Source of the DNA: a virus | Lineage: Duplodnaviria; Heunggongvirae; Uroviricota; Caudoviricetes | Length of the DNA stretch: 64,000 bases | Direction: 5' to 3' (one strand) | IMG/VR virus record: IMGVR_UViG_3300028840_006985 | Shown: positions 7,312 through 16,459 of the stretch, one piece after another | How the letters are laid out: each line of letters begins with the position of its first letter | Position numbering within the stretch: the first letter of the stretch is position 1 | Program-made: the position numbers and the translations under genes | The notes under the pieces: generated by a model | Databases searched by the model: none | The model's input: only the letters and a program-made list of their open reading frames with translations | What the model was told of the DNA's origin: nothing

Positions 7312-9222
7312 GTGAAAGTTGTTTATGAGGATGGTAAATTTAAATGTTTCTCATCATATGATGAGAAACATTTACCTAAAAGTGCAGGGTGGTGGTGGGA
7401 CTCCGCCAACAAATATTGGTTTACTAAAGAAAAACATAAGGCACTTTTATTAAAGGATTATTTCACTCCATCAGCCTCGTCTGAGGCCAATCGCTGTTTT
7501 CAACCCCAACCTCAGTGCAATTCAATTGCATACAATGACAAAATACCATGTCCTGAGGGAATAAGATATTTTCCATTTCAGGAAGAGGGAATAAGATATT
7601 CCCTTTCTCGAGAGGGGACCCTTAACGCGTCAGAGATGGGGTGTGGCAAATCAATAATGGCATTAGGTCTTATTAATATTGATGAGACTCTTCGGAATAT
7701 ATTAATTATTTGTCCAGCGTCTTTGAAAATCAATTGGCAACGCGAATCTGAGAAATGGTTGGTTAGACCATTTGAGATTTATGTTATAAATAATAATAAA
7801 ATTTCTCCAAATGTAAATGCAAATTTGATTATTGTCAATTATGATCGCCTAAAAGGCGATATTCTTAAATATATTATGAAACGCAATTGGGATTTATTAA
7901 TTGTAGATGAAGCGCATGCCCTGAAAAACGGGGCGGCACAGAGAACAAAAAAAATTCTGGGAGTGCCGCCTACATGGCGTTATCATAATGGAAGCTGGAA
8001 ACAGATTAAACCACGAACCTTTGGTGTAATCGACCAATGTCGAAAAAAGGTGTTCTTAACTGGAACACCTGTTCTTAACCGACCCGTCGAACTATTTTCG
8101 CTTATCTCAGCCTTGGATTCGAAAAATTGGAGATCACGTTCAAAATTCGAAACAAGGTATTGCAATGCTCATATGGGAAAATGGGGGTGGGATAACAAGG
8201 GTGCTAGCAATATTGACGAGCTTAACTTCAAACTTAGATCGTCGATTATGTTTCGAAAAACAAAGGCGGAGGTTTTGCCTGATTTGCCTCCCAAAACCAG
8301 ACAAATTATAGTTCTGCCTGGTGACAGTAAGGTGAAATCATTGATTAAAGAAGAAAAAAAATTAAAGATCGATTTTTCGGATATCGAGGCGTTAACACCT
8401 GTGTCAACGGAGTTTCAACAGTTGTCAGAATTGCGTAAACGGTTAGCAATTGCGAAATTGCCTATGATAATCGAACATATAGAGAATATATTAGAAGGTA
8501 CTGAGAAGATTGTTATTTTTGCGCATCACCATGAGGTCATCGATGCGCTTCATGGCCATTTTCAGGCATCGGTAAAATTAGACGGTAGGAACAGTTTGGA
8601 GGCTAAGCAAAAAGCAATCGATGCATTTCAAGATGGTCAAGCTAGGATTTTTATTGGAAGCATCCAGGCCGCTGGTGTTGGAATTACACTTACCGCGGCA
8701 TCGCATGCGGTATTTGCAGAATCGGATTGGGTCCCGGCGAATTTGAGCCAAGCTGAAGATCGTCTGAATCGAATTGGTCAAAAAAATGCTGTTTTGATCC
8801 AACATTTAGTAGTGGATGGCACGTTGGATGCTAGAATGGTTCAGATAGTAGTGGAAAAACAAAAAATTATTGATGGTATTGTGAAACCAGTAGAGTTGAT
8901 CGAACCTAAGAAATCCGAACCACCAAAATCTAAACCATCAAAATCTAAACCTGGTAATGGTAAAAAAAATAATAACATTACTAACGAGCGCAGGGAGGCA
9001 CTTTGTTGTGCATTGATTAGTTTAGCTGGAAAATGTGACGGCGCTCGTCAGCAAGACGGGTGCGGGTTCAATAAGCTGGATACTAATTTTGGTACTAGTT
9101 TAGCAAAGCGGGGATCAGAACGTCCCCTGACTGACGAGGAGTTTTTAGCTGCGTTGAAAATGATTAAGAAGTACAAACGTCAGATTGAACCTAATTTGTT
9201 TGATTTGATTTATAAAAATTGA
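7312..9222 (+). CDS. SNF2-family DNA helicase / translocase
   Basis: GTG start with AAGGAG RBS. Motifs: GCGKSIMALGLI (motif I), LLIVDEAHALKN (DEAH box), FLTGTPVLNRPVELFSLISAL, and C-terminal helicase motifs QAEDRLNRIGQ. Confidence 0.85.
   Translation: MKVVYEDGKFKCFSSYDEKHLPKSAGWWWDSANKYWFTKEKHKALLLKDYFTPSASSEANRCFQPQPQCNSIAYNDKIPCPEGIRYFPFQEEGIRYSLSREGTLNASEMGCGKSIMALGLINIDETLRNILIICPASLKINWQRESEKWLVRPFEIYVINNNKISPNVNANLIIVNYDRLKGDILKYIMKRNWDLLIVDEAHALKNGAAQRTKKILGVPPTWRYHNGSWKQIKPRTFGVIDQCRKKVFLTGTPVLNRPVELFSLISALDSKNWRSRSKFETRYCNAHMGKWGWDNKGASNIDELNFKLRSSIMFRKTKAEVLPDLPPKTRQIIVLPGDSKVKSLIKEEKKLKIDFSDIEALTPVSTEFQQLSELRKRLAIAKLPMIIEHIENILEGTEKIVIFAHHHEVIDALHGHFQASVKLDGRNSLEAKQKAIDAFQDGQARIFIGSIQAAGVGITLTAASHAVFAESDWVPANLSQAEDRLNRIGQKNAVLIQHLVVDGTLDARMVQIVVEKQKIIDGIVKPVELIEPKKSEPPKSKPSKSKPGNGKKNNNITNERREALCCALISLAGKCDGARQQDGCGFNKLDTNFGTSLAKRGSERPLTDEEFLAALKMIKKYKRQIEPNLFDLIYKN
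7514..7530. promoter_or_regulatory. internal copy (16/17 match) of the AGTGCAATTCAATTGCA palindrome inside the SNF2 coding sequence
   Basis: agtgcaattcaattgca at 7514-7530, encoding ...QCNSIA... Matches the sites at 25274, 39194 and 40316. Confidence 0.5.
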
Positions 9223-9242
9223 AAAGGAGACAAAAATAGAAA

Positions 9243-9443
9243 ATGGATAATAATCAAAAATTAGTGTTCCATAAAAAAACCTTTAGACCCATAATTGAAA
9301 CCATAAGGGCGAGACAATCCATCATCAGTCTAGATAATAGAAACTCCCAAAGGATGAAGATAATGAAAATTGGTAAAAATTCTTTGGGAGTTTCAGGTGT
9401 TTTATTAAAATCTCTACGCAAATCTGGTTTTACCTTGCCTTAA
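9243..9443 (+). CDS. doubtful small ORF (66 aa) overlapping the intergenic repeat
   Basis: ORF track only. The SD-like AAGGAG lies about 13 nt from the ATG, and the ORF overlaps repeat copy 1. Confidence 0.15.
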   Translation: MDNNQKLVFHKKTFRPIIETIRARQSIISLDNRNSQRMKIMKIGKNSLGVSGVLLKSLRKSGFTLP

Positions 9444-9528
9444 AATCTGATTCATACCTCACAATCATTTCCTTTCAGGTGTTTTATTAAAATCCCTATC
9501 CCTATACAAATCTCCTTGCCTTAAAAAG
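9391..9528. repeat. intergenic region with two ~55-bp direct repeats (tttcaggtgttttattaaaatc ... ccttgccttaaaa)
   Basis: Copy 1 at 9391-9445, copy 2 at 9474-9528, with an 83-bp offset. Lies in the 337-bp gap between the SNF2 gene and ORF 9560. Confidence 0.8.
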
Positions 9529-9559
9529 CATCGTATGGTATTGTTTTTTTCTTAAATTA

Positions 9560-10057
9560 ATGATGGTAGAAAAAAAATCTAAAAGGGCTCAAAAAGCTTA
9601 TTTAAAAAAATATTATCGTGAAAATAGGGAAAGATTAAAAGAATATTATCGATTAAAATATCATAACAATCCAGAATATAAGAGGAAGACGATTGAGAAT
9701 GACGCCAAGCGACGAAAAAGGCGTCAAGAAAAGGAGAGGAGGAGAAGAAAAAAAAGGGGTATTCCTTATTTGTATGGCACATTGCCGGTTATTATTAATG
9801 GAAAAAGGTATTATCCTATGAGATTTTTATCAAATTTTATTGGCAAGTCACGACACACGATTAGAATGTGGGAAAAAAGAGGAATAATACCGTGTTATTG
9901 GTTCAAGGGTCGTAGATTTTATACGTATTCTTTAATAAAGGCGATTAAATATGCTGTTGACAGTTTAGATGGTGAGCAACTTAGAGTAAAAAAGGAAAGA
10001 AAGTTTAAAAGCAAGCTGATAGCCTATTTATCCGTGGAGAAAAGAATTGATTTTTAA
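9560..10057 (+). CDS. basic DNA-binding protein with an excisionase/MerR-like HTH
   Basis: N-terminal Lys/Arg-rich region. YYPMRFLSNFIGKSRHTIRMWEKRGIIP...GRRFY resembles Xis/AlpA-type HTH_17. Confidence 0.45.
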   Translation: MMVEKKSKRAQKAYLKKYYRENRERLKEYYRLKYHNNPEYKRKTIENDAKRRKRRQEKERRRRKKRGIPYLYGTLPVIINGKRYYPMRFLSNFIGKSRHTIRMWEKRGIIPCYWFKGRRFYTYSLIKAIKYAVDSLDGEQLRVKKERKFKSKLIAYLSVEKRIDF

Positions 10058-10068
10058 GGAAATCATAT

Positions 10069-10572
10069 ATGGGGTGGTATATATTAAGAGTAATTTCAGG
10101 AAGAGAAAAAAGGGTTAAAAATTTTTTAAATAGGAGGAAAGATAAAAATGTCATTAAACAAATAATGATACCTTCTGAGCTGGTAGTTGATTTTACTAAA
10201 AAAGCAAAGAGTAAAAATCATAGTCATAATCTTTATCCTGGTTATGTCTTCGTTGAAATAGATTTGAATCAACAAGTTATTGAATTTATTAAAAAGACTC
10301 CTGGCGTATTGAATTTTTTAAAAGATTTAAATGGATATCCAAAAGAGATGTCATCAAAAGACATTAATCAAATATTAAATATAAAACCGTCCTTGAGAGA
10401 AAAGAAGTTTACTAAAGGCGATGTAATTACTATTAAAAAAGGTCCTTTTAATGGGTTTAATGGGATAATAGATGATGCTAATAATCCTAGAAAGGTCATC
10501 ATTTTAGTAATGGTGTTTGGGAGACAAACACCGGTGGAATTGGATATCAATTTTATTGAAGAGGTTAAATAA
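10069..10572 (+). CDS. nusG: NusG-like transcription elongation/antitermination factor (NGN plus KOW)
   Basis: WYILRVISGREKRV, PGYVFVEI, KOW FTKGDVITIKKGPFNGFNGII and VFGRQTPVELDINFIEEV closely parallel E. coli NusG (IFGRATPVELDFSQVEK). Confidence 0.85.
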   Translation: MGWYILRVISGREKRVKNFLNRRKDKNVIKQIMIPSELVVDFTKKAKSKNHSHNLYPGYVFVEIDLNQQVIEFIKKTPGVLNFLKDLNGYPKEMSSKDINQILNIKPSLREKKFTKGDVITIKKGPFNGFNGIIDDANNPRKVIILVMVFGRQTPVELDINFIEEVK

Positions 10573-10877
10573 TGGAAAAAACTTTAGAGTCAAAAATTAG
10601 TGTTTATAGACAATTTACTGAAGATGGAGTAATCATTAAAGAAAGTATTGACGAAAACGTTATTATGGTTCATCGATTTCCTGAGGGAGTTACACCTGCG
10701 ACAGTTCAAAGAGTGTTTTCTTCCACTGTCTCAACGGCTCCATACGAAAATATGAAAATTACTATTTCTATAACAGTTCCGTGTTACACAGAAGAAATTA
10801 GTAGTGCTATAAATTTTGCCAAAAATCAGTCTTTGCCTATTTTAGATGAAGAAGTTAAAAAATTAAAGGGGTTATAA
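10572..10877 (+). CDS. hypothetical protein
   Basis: ORF track. Start overlaps the NusG stop (ATGA-type overlap). Confidence 0.5.
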   Translation: MEKTLESKISVYRQFTEDGVIIKESIDENVIMVHRFPEGVTPATVQRVFSSTVSTAPYENMKITISITVPCYTEEISSAINFAKNQSLPILDEEVKKLKGL

Positions 10878-12037
10878 TGGCTGAGCAGTGGTATGACGAG
10901 AGCAATCCAGAACAGAGTGATAGCGAATCTCAGGAGGCTGAAATTATTGGAGAGGAACAAAAGCCTAAACAAAGCAAAGATGAAAGATCTGTCATAATAG
11001 CAGATCTTCGAAAAAAAATTAATAAAAAATTTGGCAAGGGAACCACAGCGCCAGGAAACAAACTTTTAGTGGAGATGGAGCGGATTCCGACGGGCATATT
11101 TTCGTTAGATGAAGCGTTGGGTGGTGGAATACCGGCTGGTAGGATGATAATGTTGAAGGGTGATGAGTCTGCATCTAAGACGACAATTGCCTTGAGGGCT
11201 ATTGGGAATGCTCAAAATATGTGTTCGAATTGTTGGGGATGGCCAACTTGTACTTGCGGAGAGAATAGAGATGCTTTTTGTTGTTTTCTTGATCAGGAGG
11301 GTGCGTTAGATATTCTATGGTCAGAACGATTTGTCGATCTATCTCGATTAGAGGTACAAAGACCGATTACAGCCGAGGAAACGGTAGAAGTTGGTAGCTG
11401 GTGGCTAAGGAGTGGTCAGGTTGATTTATTAGTTCTTGATTCGTTGGCGGCTATGGCAACGGCGGATGAGATTGAGGGAAAAAGTCATATGGGTCAATTA
11501 CCTCGATTAGGCAATGAGGCAATGCGTCGATGGCAGTCGGCGCAAAATGAATGTCGGAAAAAATATAATCGTATTCCTACAATTATATTAATCAATCAGG
11601 TACGTTCTAAAATTGGGGTTGTTTTTGGAGATCCTAGAACGTATCCGGGCGGTCATGGACAGCGGTTTAGCACAACCGCGGATATTGAGTTACGAAAGGG
11701 TAAATATACAATGGATAAGGACACAGGATCGCCGATATCTGTAAGCTTTGGCTTTAGGGTATCTAAAAATAAATCTGCTCCGGCAAACAGATCAGGAGAA
11801 TTTATCATGATGATGGCAGATACGGAAACGAAACAAATGGGTGACATATATGATGAGAAGGTTGTTGTAGCAGAATCAGAACAATTTGGGATTGTTAAAA
11901 AGGAAGGAAAAACTTATCGTTTAGGAGAACAAACTTTTGCATCAAAGATTGATACTATTAAATATATGTTGGAAAATAGAGATGTTTTTGAGGAACTTAA
12001 ATTAGAATTAATGAAGTTGAAATTAAGACAGGAATAA
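10877..12037 (+). CDS. recA: RecA/UvsX-like recombinase with a Cys-rich insertion
   Basis: KFGKGT...[34 protein letters not shown] parallels RecA QFGKGS...[46 protein letters not shown] matches CAFIDAEHALD, and DSLAAM matches DSVAAL. Confidence 0.85.
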   Translation: [386 protein letters not shown]

Positions 12038-12038
12038 A

Positions 12039-12380
12039 ATGTCTAGTATTTACAAAAAGCATGAAAAAGATATCGCTAAACGGCTGGGAGGAAAAAGGCA
12101 GCCTTTGTCTGGGGCATTGCCAGAGGCAAAAAGCGATGTAATAACTGACAAGTTAAGGATAGATTGTAAGTATGTGCATGTGAAATCATACCGGTTAACC
12201 TTGGATGTTTTAAAAAAAATTACTATGGAGTCAGCCGGTCAAGATATTATTCCAGCGATTCAGATCAGATTTGAAAAGTGCGGAAAAGATATTCAATATG
12301 ATGTTGTAAGTCGTGATTGGATCGTGGTTCCATTGTCTGCTTTTGAGGAATTACTTTCGTTGGCTGGTGACGAATGGTAG
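12039..12380 (+). CDS. hypothetical protein, possible Hjc-like PD-(D/E)XK junction-resolving nuclease
   Basis: KRLGGKRQPLSGALPEAKSDVITDKLRIDCKY resembles the archaeal Hjc G..ER...SG....D.iA...IEcK pattern. Sits inside the recombination block. Confidence 0.3.
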   Translation: MSSIYKKHEKDIAKRLGGKRQPLSGALPEAKSDVITDKLRIDCKYVHVKSYRLTLDVLKKITMESAGQDIIPAIQIRFEKCGKDIQYDVVSRDWIVVPLSAFEELLSLAGDEW

Positions 12381-12748
12381 TTAACAATATTGTGAAAATG
12401 GTTGATACGGCGACATCGTTTTTTAAAGGTAAAGTGATAGTACCATCTAATCCAACTTTTGAACAGTGGTTTAGTTTAAATTCTGAACTAATACTTGATG
12501 TTGATCAGATATTATCTGAGGTAATAACATATCTCATGAGAAGAAAAGAAAAGGAGCCAATGTTAAAGCTATTAAACGTATTAGACAGGCATTTAGCCAA
12601 TAAAGATCGGCCATTAAATCTAGTATTTACATTTTTAAGACTTTTTGACTCATACAATCTTGCTTTGAAATACAAAGGAGCTACTAATCCATGCATGGTA
12701 GAAGGGATGTTTGATGAATTGGTAAGAAGAAAAGTTTTAAAAAGATGA
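12374..12748 (+). CDS. hypothetical protein
   Basis: ORF track. Confidence 0.5.
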   Translation: MVVNNIVKMVDTATSFFKGKVIVPSNPTFEQWFSLNSELILDVDQILSEVITYLMRRKEKEPMLKLLNVLDRHLANKDRPLNLVFTFLRLFDSYNLALKYKGATNPCMVEGMFDELVRRKVLKR

Positions 12749-12757
12749 AAAAGTTGC

Positions 12758-12795
12758 TTGACTCTGTTTAAAATACATCTTATAGAGTAAGATGT
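12758..12795 (+). promoter_or_regulatory. sigma70-like promoter (TTGACT, 17-bp spacer, TATAGA) with a palindrome ACATCTTA-tagag-TAAGATGT
   Basis: TTGACT at 12758-12763. Inverted repeat at 12775-12795 overlaps the -10. Lies upstream of ORF 12829. Confidence 0.5.
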
Positions 12796-12828
12796 GATGT
12801 ATTTAACAAAAAAAAACGGAGCAAGAAA

Positions 12829-13161
12829 ATGAGAACTGAAATAATTCAAAAAGTCATTTGCGATCGATGTGGGCGACAGATGACGGAAGTAAAAGATGTT
12901 GGTTCTAATGGTAATGGTTCAGGAGGGGAAAATCGTCCTTCAGATCTTCAAGTTGTAGTTAACGGAGAGGTGGTGTTGCAGTATGATGATCTTTGTGATA
13001 TTTGTGTAGGAAAAGGAGAAAAGATGATTAACCATATGGTTAATCATATGCAAAAGATCGATCTCGGCAAACGGGGCAAACGGGGCAAACGGGGCAAAAA
13101 GGCAAATGGTCAATCAGTTTCGTCTGAGATAGGACAGCCTCAGCAACAAGCAACAGCATAG
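12829..13161 (+). CDS. zinc-ribbon protein with a (KRG)3 basic repeat
   Basis: CDRCGRQM...CDICVG. DNA repeat ggcaaacgg x3 at 13066-13092 encodes KRGKRGKRGKK. Confidence 0.5.
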   Translation: MRTEIIQKVICDRCGRQMTEVKDVGSNGNGSGGENRPSDLQVVVNGEVVLQYDDLCDICVGKGEKMINHMVNHMQKIDLGKRGKRGKRGKKANGQSVSSEIGQPQQQATA

Positions 13162-13171
13162 TTTAATAAAA

Positions 13172-13546
13172 ATGACTAATTCAAACGAAATGGCTCAATG
13201 CCTGGAACAGGTTGGTGCATTAATAGATCTAGGGGCTAATAGAATAGTATTAGCGGGGGCTGGACTTGGATTTGAGTATCAGTTAAAAGATGATAAGCAG
13301 GGAGAGGGAATTGACTTTAATAAGGTAGTTAATGATGAGCAGGTAAGAAAATCGTTATTGCGCGAATATAGAGAATTTGATAAGGAAAAAAATACTGTTT
13401 GTGATTTACTTTTAACAATGGGGTTTAACGAAGAAGATCTAAAGTCAAAAAATTCACGTCCAGTTAATGAAATAATTCAAAAAGTGTGGAACATGTTTAA
13501 TGCCGAATCCCAAAAAAAAGTATCGCATTCTGAAAAAGATATCTGA
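13172..13546 (+). CDS. hypothetical protein
   Basis: ORF track. Confidence 0.5.
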   Translation: MTNSNEMAQCLEQVGALIDLGANRIVLAGAGLGFEYQLKDDKQGEGIDFNKVVNDEQVRKSLLREYREFDKEKNTVCDLLLTMGFNEEDLKSKNSRPVNEIIQKVWNMFNAESQKKVSHSEKDI

Positions 13547-14540
13547 AGATATCTTAAAAAAATGCGGTATGATGCCAGAACCAACAAGACCAGTAAATAG
13601 AATAAGACCGTGGCAGGAGAGGGGGCCTACAGGAGTTCTATATCATTATACAGGTGGTCCTATTGGTTTGAAATCGATGAAATGGGCTAACAAGCCATCA
13701 TGGGGTAATACTGTTAGTAGTTGGCATGTTACGGTATTGGATAGAGTTGAAGATGATATAATTGGTAATTTATGGCTTGAATTATGTCCTGATTGGTTAT
13801 TAGAATTATTTCCAGTGCCAACAATTATAATGGCGAGCTGGGAAAAAGGAACGCATCATGGTAATTGGTCAAACAAGTTCCTGTTAGGAGTAGAGAATAG
13901 AAATAGTGGATATTATGGTTATAAGAAGTTAAAAAATGGCTTATTAGATCTTGGGAAATCGGGAATTAGGGTTGGTCGAAGAATATACGAACCATATACT
14001 CGAGAGCAGCTCATAGCTAATATTAACATTGGCAAGTTGGCCAAGGAAATGTTTAATCAGTTTAATCCTGATGATATTTTAAGTCATCAATGCATTTGGG
14101 CGACAAAAAAAGACGCGGGGCCGTTATTTCCAATACATAATATTCGGGATGCTATTTTTGGAAATAGTAATATTAGATGGCTTAATCTTTTTCAGTCCTT
14201 TCAACAATTAGTAAAGAATATTGGCGGTGATGATTATGATGTATGGGTTTCTGAGACAGAGTCGCGGGGTGACTTTGAAGATTTTCGGGAAATCAGTGAT
14301 GTATATGCAAGCAAGTTTGACACTGAGTTGCCCAGATCCAGATTGACCAGGCTAGGATATAATACTGTTAGTTTTAATAGAAAGAGTTTTTTAAAAGCGG
14401 TTCGATACTTTCAAAAAAGTACTTACGCTTATAAAAGAGTAAAGAAAAAAGAGGATTTAATTTTAAAAGTTGATGGTATCTACGGAATAAATACACATCG
14501 TGTTTTAGATTTAAGATTAAAAGGCATGGGATTATTGTAA
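13500..14540 (+). CDS. putative peptidoglycan hydrolase (N-terminal amidase-like region plus C-terminal PG_binding_1-like domain)
   Basis: The C-terminus FLKAVRYFQKS...LKVDGIYGINTHRVL matches the PG-binding consensus AVkaFQ...vDGi.G..T...L. The N-terminal catalytic assignment is tentative. The true start may be the downstream MMPEP. Confidence 0.4.
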   Translation: MPNPKKKYRILKKISEDILKKCGMMPEPTRPVNRIRPWQERGPTGVLYHYTGGPIGLKSMKWANKPSWGNTVSSWHVTVLDRVEDDIIGNLWLELCPDWLLELFPVPTIIMASWEKGTHHGNWSNKFLLGVENRNSGYYGYKKLKNGLLDLGKSGIRVGRRIYEPYTREQLIANINIGKLAKEMFNQFNPDDILSHQCIWATKKDAGPLFPIHNIRDAIFGNSNIRWLNLFQSFQQLVKNIGGDDYDVWVSETESRGDFEDFREISDVYASKFDTELPRSRLTRLGYNTVSFNRKSFLKAVRYFQKSTYAYKRVKKKEDLILKVDGIYGINTHRVLDLRLKGMGLL

Positions 14541-14543
14541 AAC

Positions 14544-15002
14544 TTGGATAGTCTTGTATTTTCTACAAAGATAATTGATTTAATAATCAATCAAAAGATT
14601 AATAAGTTCTTAAAAAAAGCATCCATAAAGCAATGTCCTCTTTGCAAAGGATTGGGATTTTTTCGTGGACTTAAGGTTGGATGCAGCAAGTGTAACAAGT
14701 CAGGATATTTAGGTTCAGGAGTCAAATTAAATAATATTTATCAATGTAAAATAAACAGAAAAGATATATGTTATTTTGCCGAAATTAAGATAACTGGTGT
14801 GACTGTCGTTAATTCTAATGATATTATTTTTGGGGAATATGGATTTAATTCACAAGTGTTGCTTGATAACTTTATTAAGGATAAAAATCAATTATGGTCA
14901 ATAGGTTTTCTTTTAATGGAAGTTACAGATTATGAGAAATTAGAGATAATGCAAAGACATGACCATCGAGTGGTTCTTAATTTAAAAAGAAAAAGGAGAT
15001 AA
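14544..15002 (+). CDS. hypothetical zinc-finger protein (CxxC...CxxC)
   Basis: CPLCKGLGFFRGLKVGCSKCNKSGY. Confidence 0.45.
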   Translation: MDSLVFSTKIIDLIINQKINKFLKKASIKQCPLCKGLGFFRGLKVGCSKCNKSGYLGSGVKLNNIYQCKINRKDICYFAEIKITGVTVVNSNDIIFGEYGFNSQVLLDNFIKDKNQLWSIGFLLMEVTDYEKLEIMQRHDHRVVLNLKRKRR

Positions 15003-15006
15003 TTAG

Positions 15007-15372
15007 ATGATGAGGCAGGTAGTTAAATTTTTTATTGAATCATTATATAACAAAATTTGCGAATCTGAACAGCGCGAAAAGATTGACAATCTTAAGTGGT
15101 CTTATCATGAATTGAACAATGCGGTTAACACTATGAAGCGTGTAGTTGAACAAGCTAACAATGATTTACGTAATAGAATTAGTAAAATCGAGGAAGGTTT
15201 ATCATTTAACGAGTTGGATATTGTTACATCTCGCAAGAATAATTGTAAGTGTAAAGAGTTAAAAAAAGAAATTGATAAAATTATGGAAAGATTTAATGAA
15301 GAGATAATTGATTTAAAAGAAAATATAGAAAGTATTCGTTATTTAAATGAGGAAAAAAATGAGAATTTATAG
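15007..15372 (+). CDS. hypothetical coiled-coil protein
   Basis: ORF track. Heptad-like charged sequence. Confidence 0.45.
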   Translation: MMRQVVKFFIESLYNKICESEQREKIDNLKWSYHELNNAVNTMKRVVEQANNDLRNRISKIEEGLSFNELDIVTSRKNNCKCKELKKEIDKIMERFNEEIIDLKENIESIRYLNEEKNENL

Positions 15373-15562
15373 ATCATATATATGCAAATCGTGTCGATGG
15401 TGGGCTTATAAAAAACGCACTTATGGAGAATGCAGGATTAATCCGCCGATATCAATGTACCAGGGAGCTTCGCACATATATCATGGTTGGCCGGTTACTC
15501 TTGAAAATGAATGGTGTAGCAAGTATGAGCAATTTGAGAAAGAAGAAAAAAAAGATGAATAA
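15347..15562 (+). CDS. small Cys-containing hypothetical protein
   Basis: ORF track. CKSCRWW...C...WC pattern. Confidence 0.35.
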   Translation: MRKKMRIYRSYICKSCRWWAYKKRTYGECRINPPISMYQGASHIYHGWPVTLENEWCSKYEQFEKEEKKDE

Positions 15563-15806
15563 AACTACTGTTTTTGAATTACATATGGGTAGCAACAGTT
15601 TTAGTAAGGATGATATAGGAAAAACAGTTTGGCTTACTAGACCACAATGGTATGTAAGATTATTGGATCGAATAGGAAGAGGTTTTCCTTTTTTAGACAA
15701 CATATGTAGACGATTAATTGCAAGATTTTACGGATGTGGATATTTTAAAATTGTTGATGTTATTGATAATATGACATTAAAGATTGAACGAGAAAACAAA
15801 TGGTGA
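15555..15806 (+). CDS. hypothetical protein (start trimmed to the ATG at 15555, overlapping the previous stop)
   Basis: ORF 15423..15806 overlaps 15347..15562 out of frame. The in-frame ATG at 15555 (MNKTTVFEL...) gives a plausible gene. Confidence 0.4.
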   Translation: MNKTTVFELHMGSNSFSKDDIGKTVWLTRPQWYVRLLDRIGRGFPFLDNICRRLIARFYGCGYFKIVDVIDNMTLKIERENKW

Positions 15807-16459
15807 TAGAAGGATATAAGTTTTTGGGGAAAGACTATAGGTCAATGTACGGCAATTTTCAGTTTAAGGTAGGAGAACGGTACAAACATGATGGTCCAGT
15901 TAGATTATGTGAGTCAGGTTTTCATTTTTCTAAAAGACTAAGTGATGCGTTCAGTTATTATGGAAAGGAGGCACATCATTGTTGTAAGGTAAAAGGAAGT
16001 GGAAGGATGGAGGAAGGACAAGACAAGGTTGTTTGTTCAGGTATATATATTGAGAAAGAATTGAATTTTGTTGAGGTATTAGAGGAATTAAGTAAACATG
16101 ATAGCGTAAAAAAAGGAGTAGCGGAGAATCCCAATTGCCCGGCAGAAATATTAAAGAAGTTAAGTAAAGATGAAAATTTGAATGTTAAGATGTCAGTAAT
16201 ATGCAATCTTAGTTGTCCTATAGGGATATTGGAAAAATTAAGCAAAGACAAGCATTGGCATATTAGAACATTAGTGGCAGAACATCCCAGGTGTTCTATA
16301 AAAATTTTAGAAGAGTTAAGTGAAGATAAAGATTGGTATGTTAGATATGCGGTAGCAGGGCATCCTAGTTGTCCTGTGAAAGTGTCAGAAAAATTAAATA
16401 AAGATATAAATTCTAACATGTTAATAGCAGTGGAAGAGAGTAAATATGGAACTATCTGA
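15800..16459 (+). CDS. LRV/HEAT-like repeat protein, paralog of 1252..2034
   Basis: Shares the N-terminal domain (about 65% aa and about 80% nt identity over the first 250 nt) and the NPNCP/HPSCP repeat units. Confidence 0.7.
   Translation: MVIEGYKFLGKDYRSMYGNFQFKVGERYKHDGPVRLCESGFHFSKRLSDAFSYYGKEAHHCCKVKGSGRMEEGQDKVVCSGIYIEKELNFVEVLEELSKHDSVKKGVAENPNCPAEILKKLSKDENLNVKMSVICNLSCPIGILEKLSKDKHWHIRTLVAEHPRCSIKILEELSEDKDWYVRYAVAGHPSCPVKVSEKLNKDINSNMLIAVEESKYGTI

Noticed and set aside
7514-7530. SNF2 gene as two genes split at the internal palindrome
   Set aside because: The reading frame is continuous and the helicase motifs follow in normal order. The palindrome lies in an N-terminal linker, so a single CDS is retained.
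15976-16419. Minus-strand ORFs overlapping + genes (15976..16419, 18429..18899, 30695..31066, 2681..2944, 4003..4335, etc.)
   Set aside because: They are embedded antisense to strongly supported genes, lack SD sequences, and their composition mirrors the coding strand. Treated as spurious.
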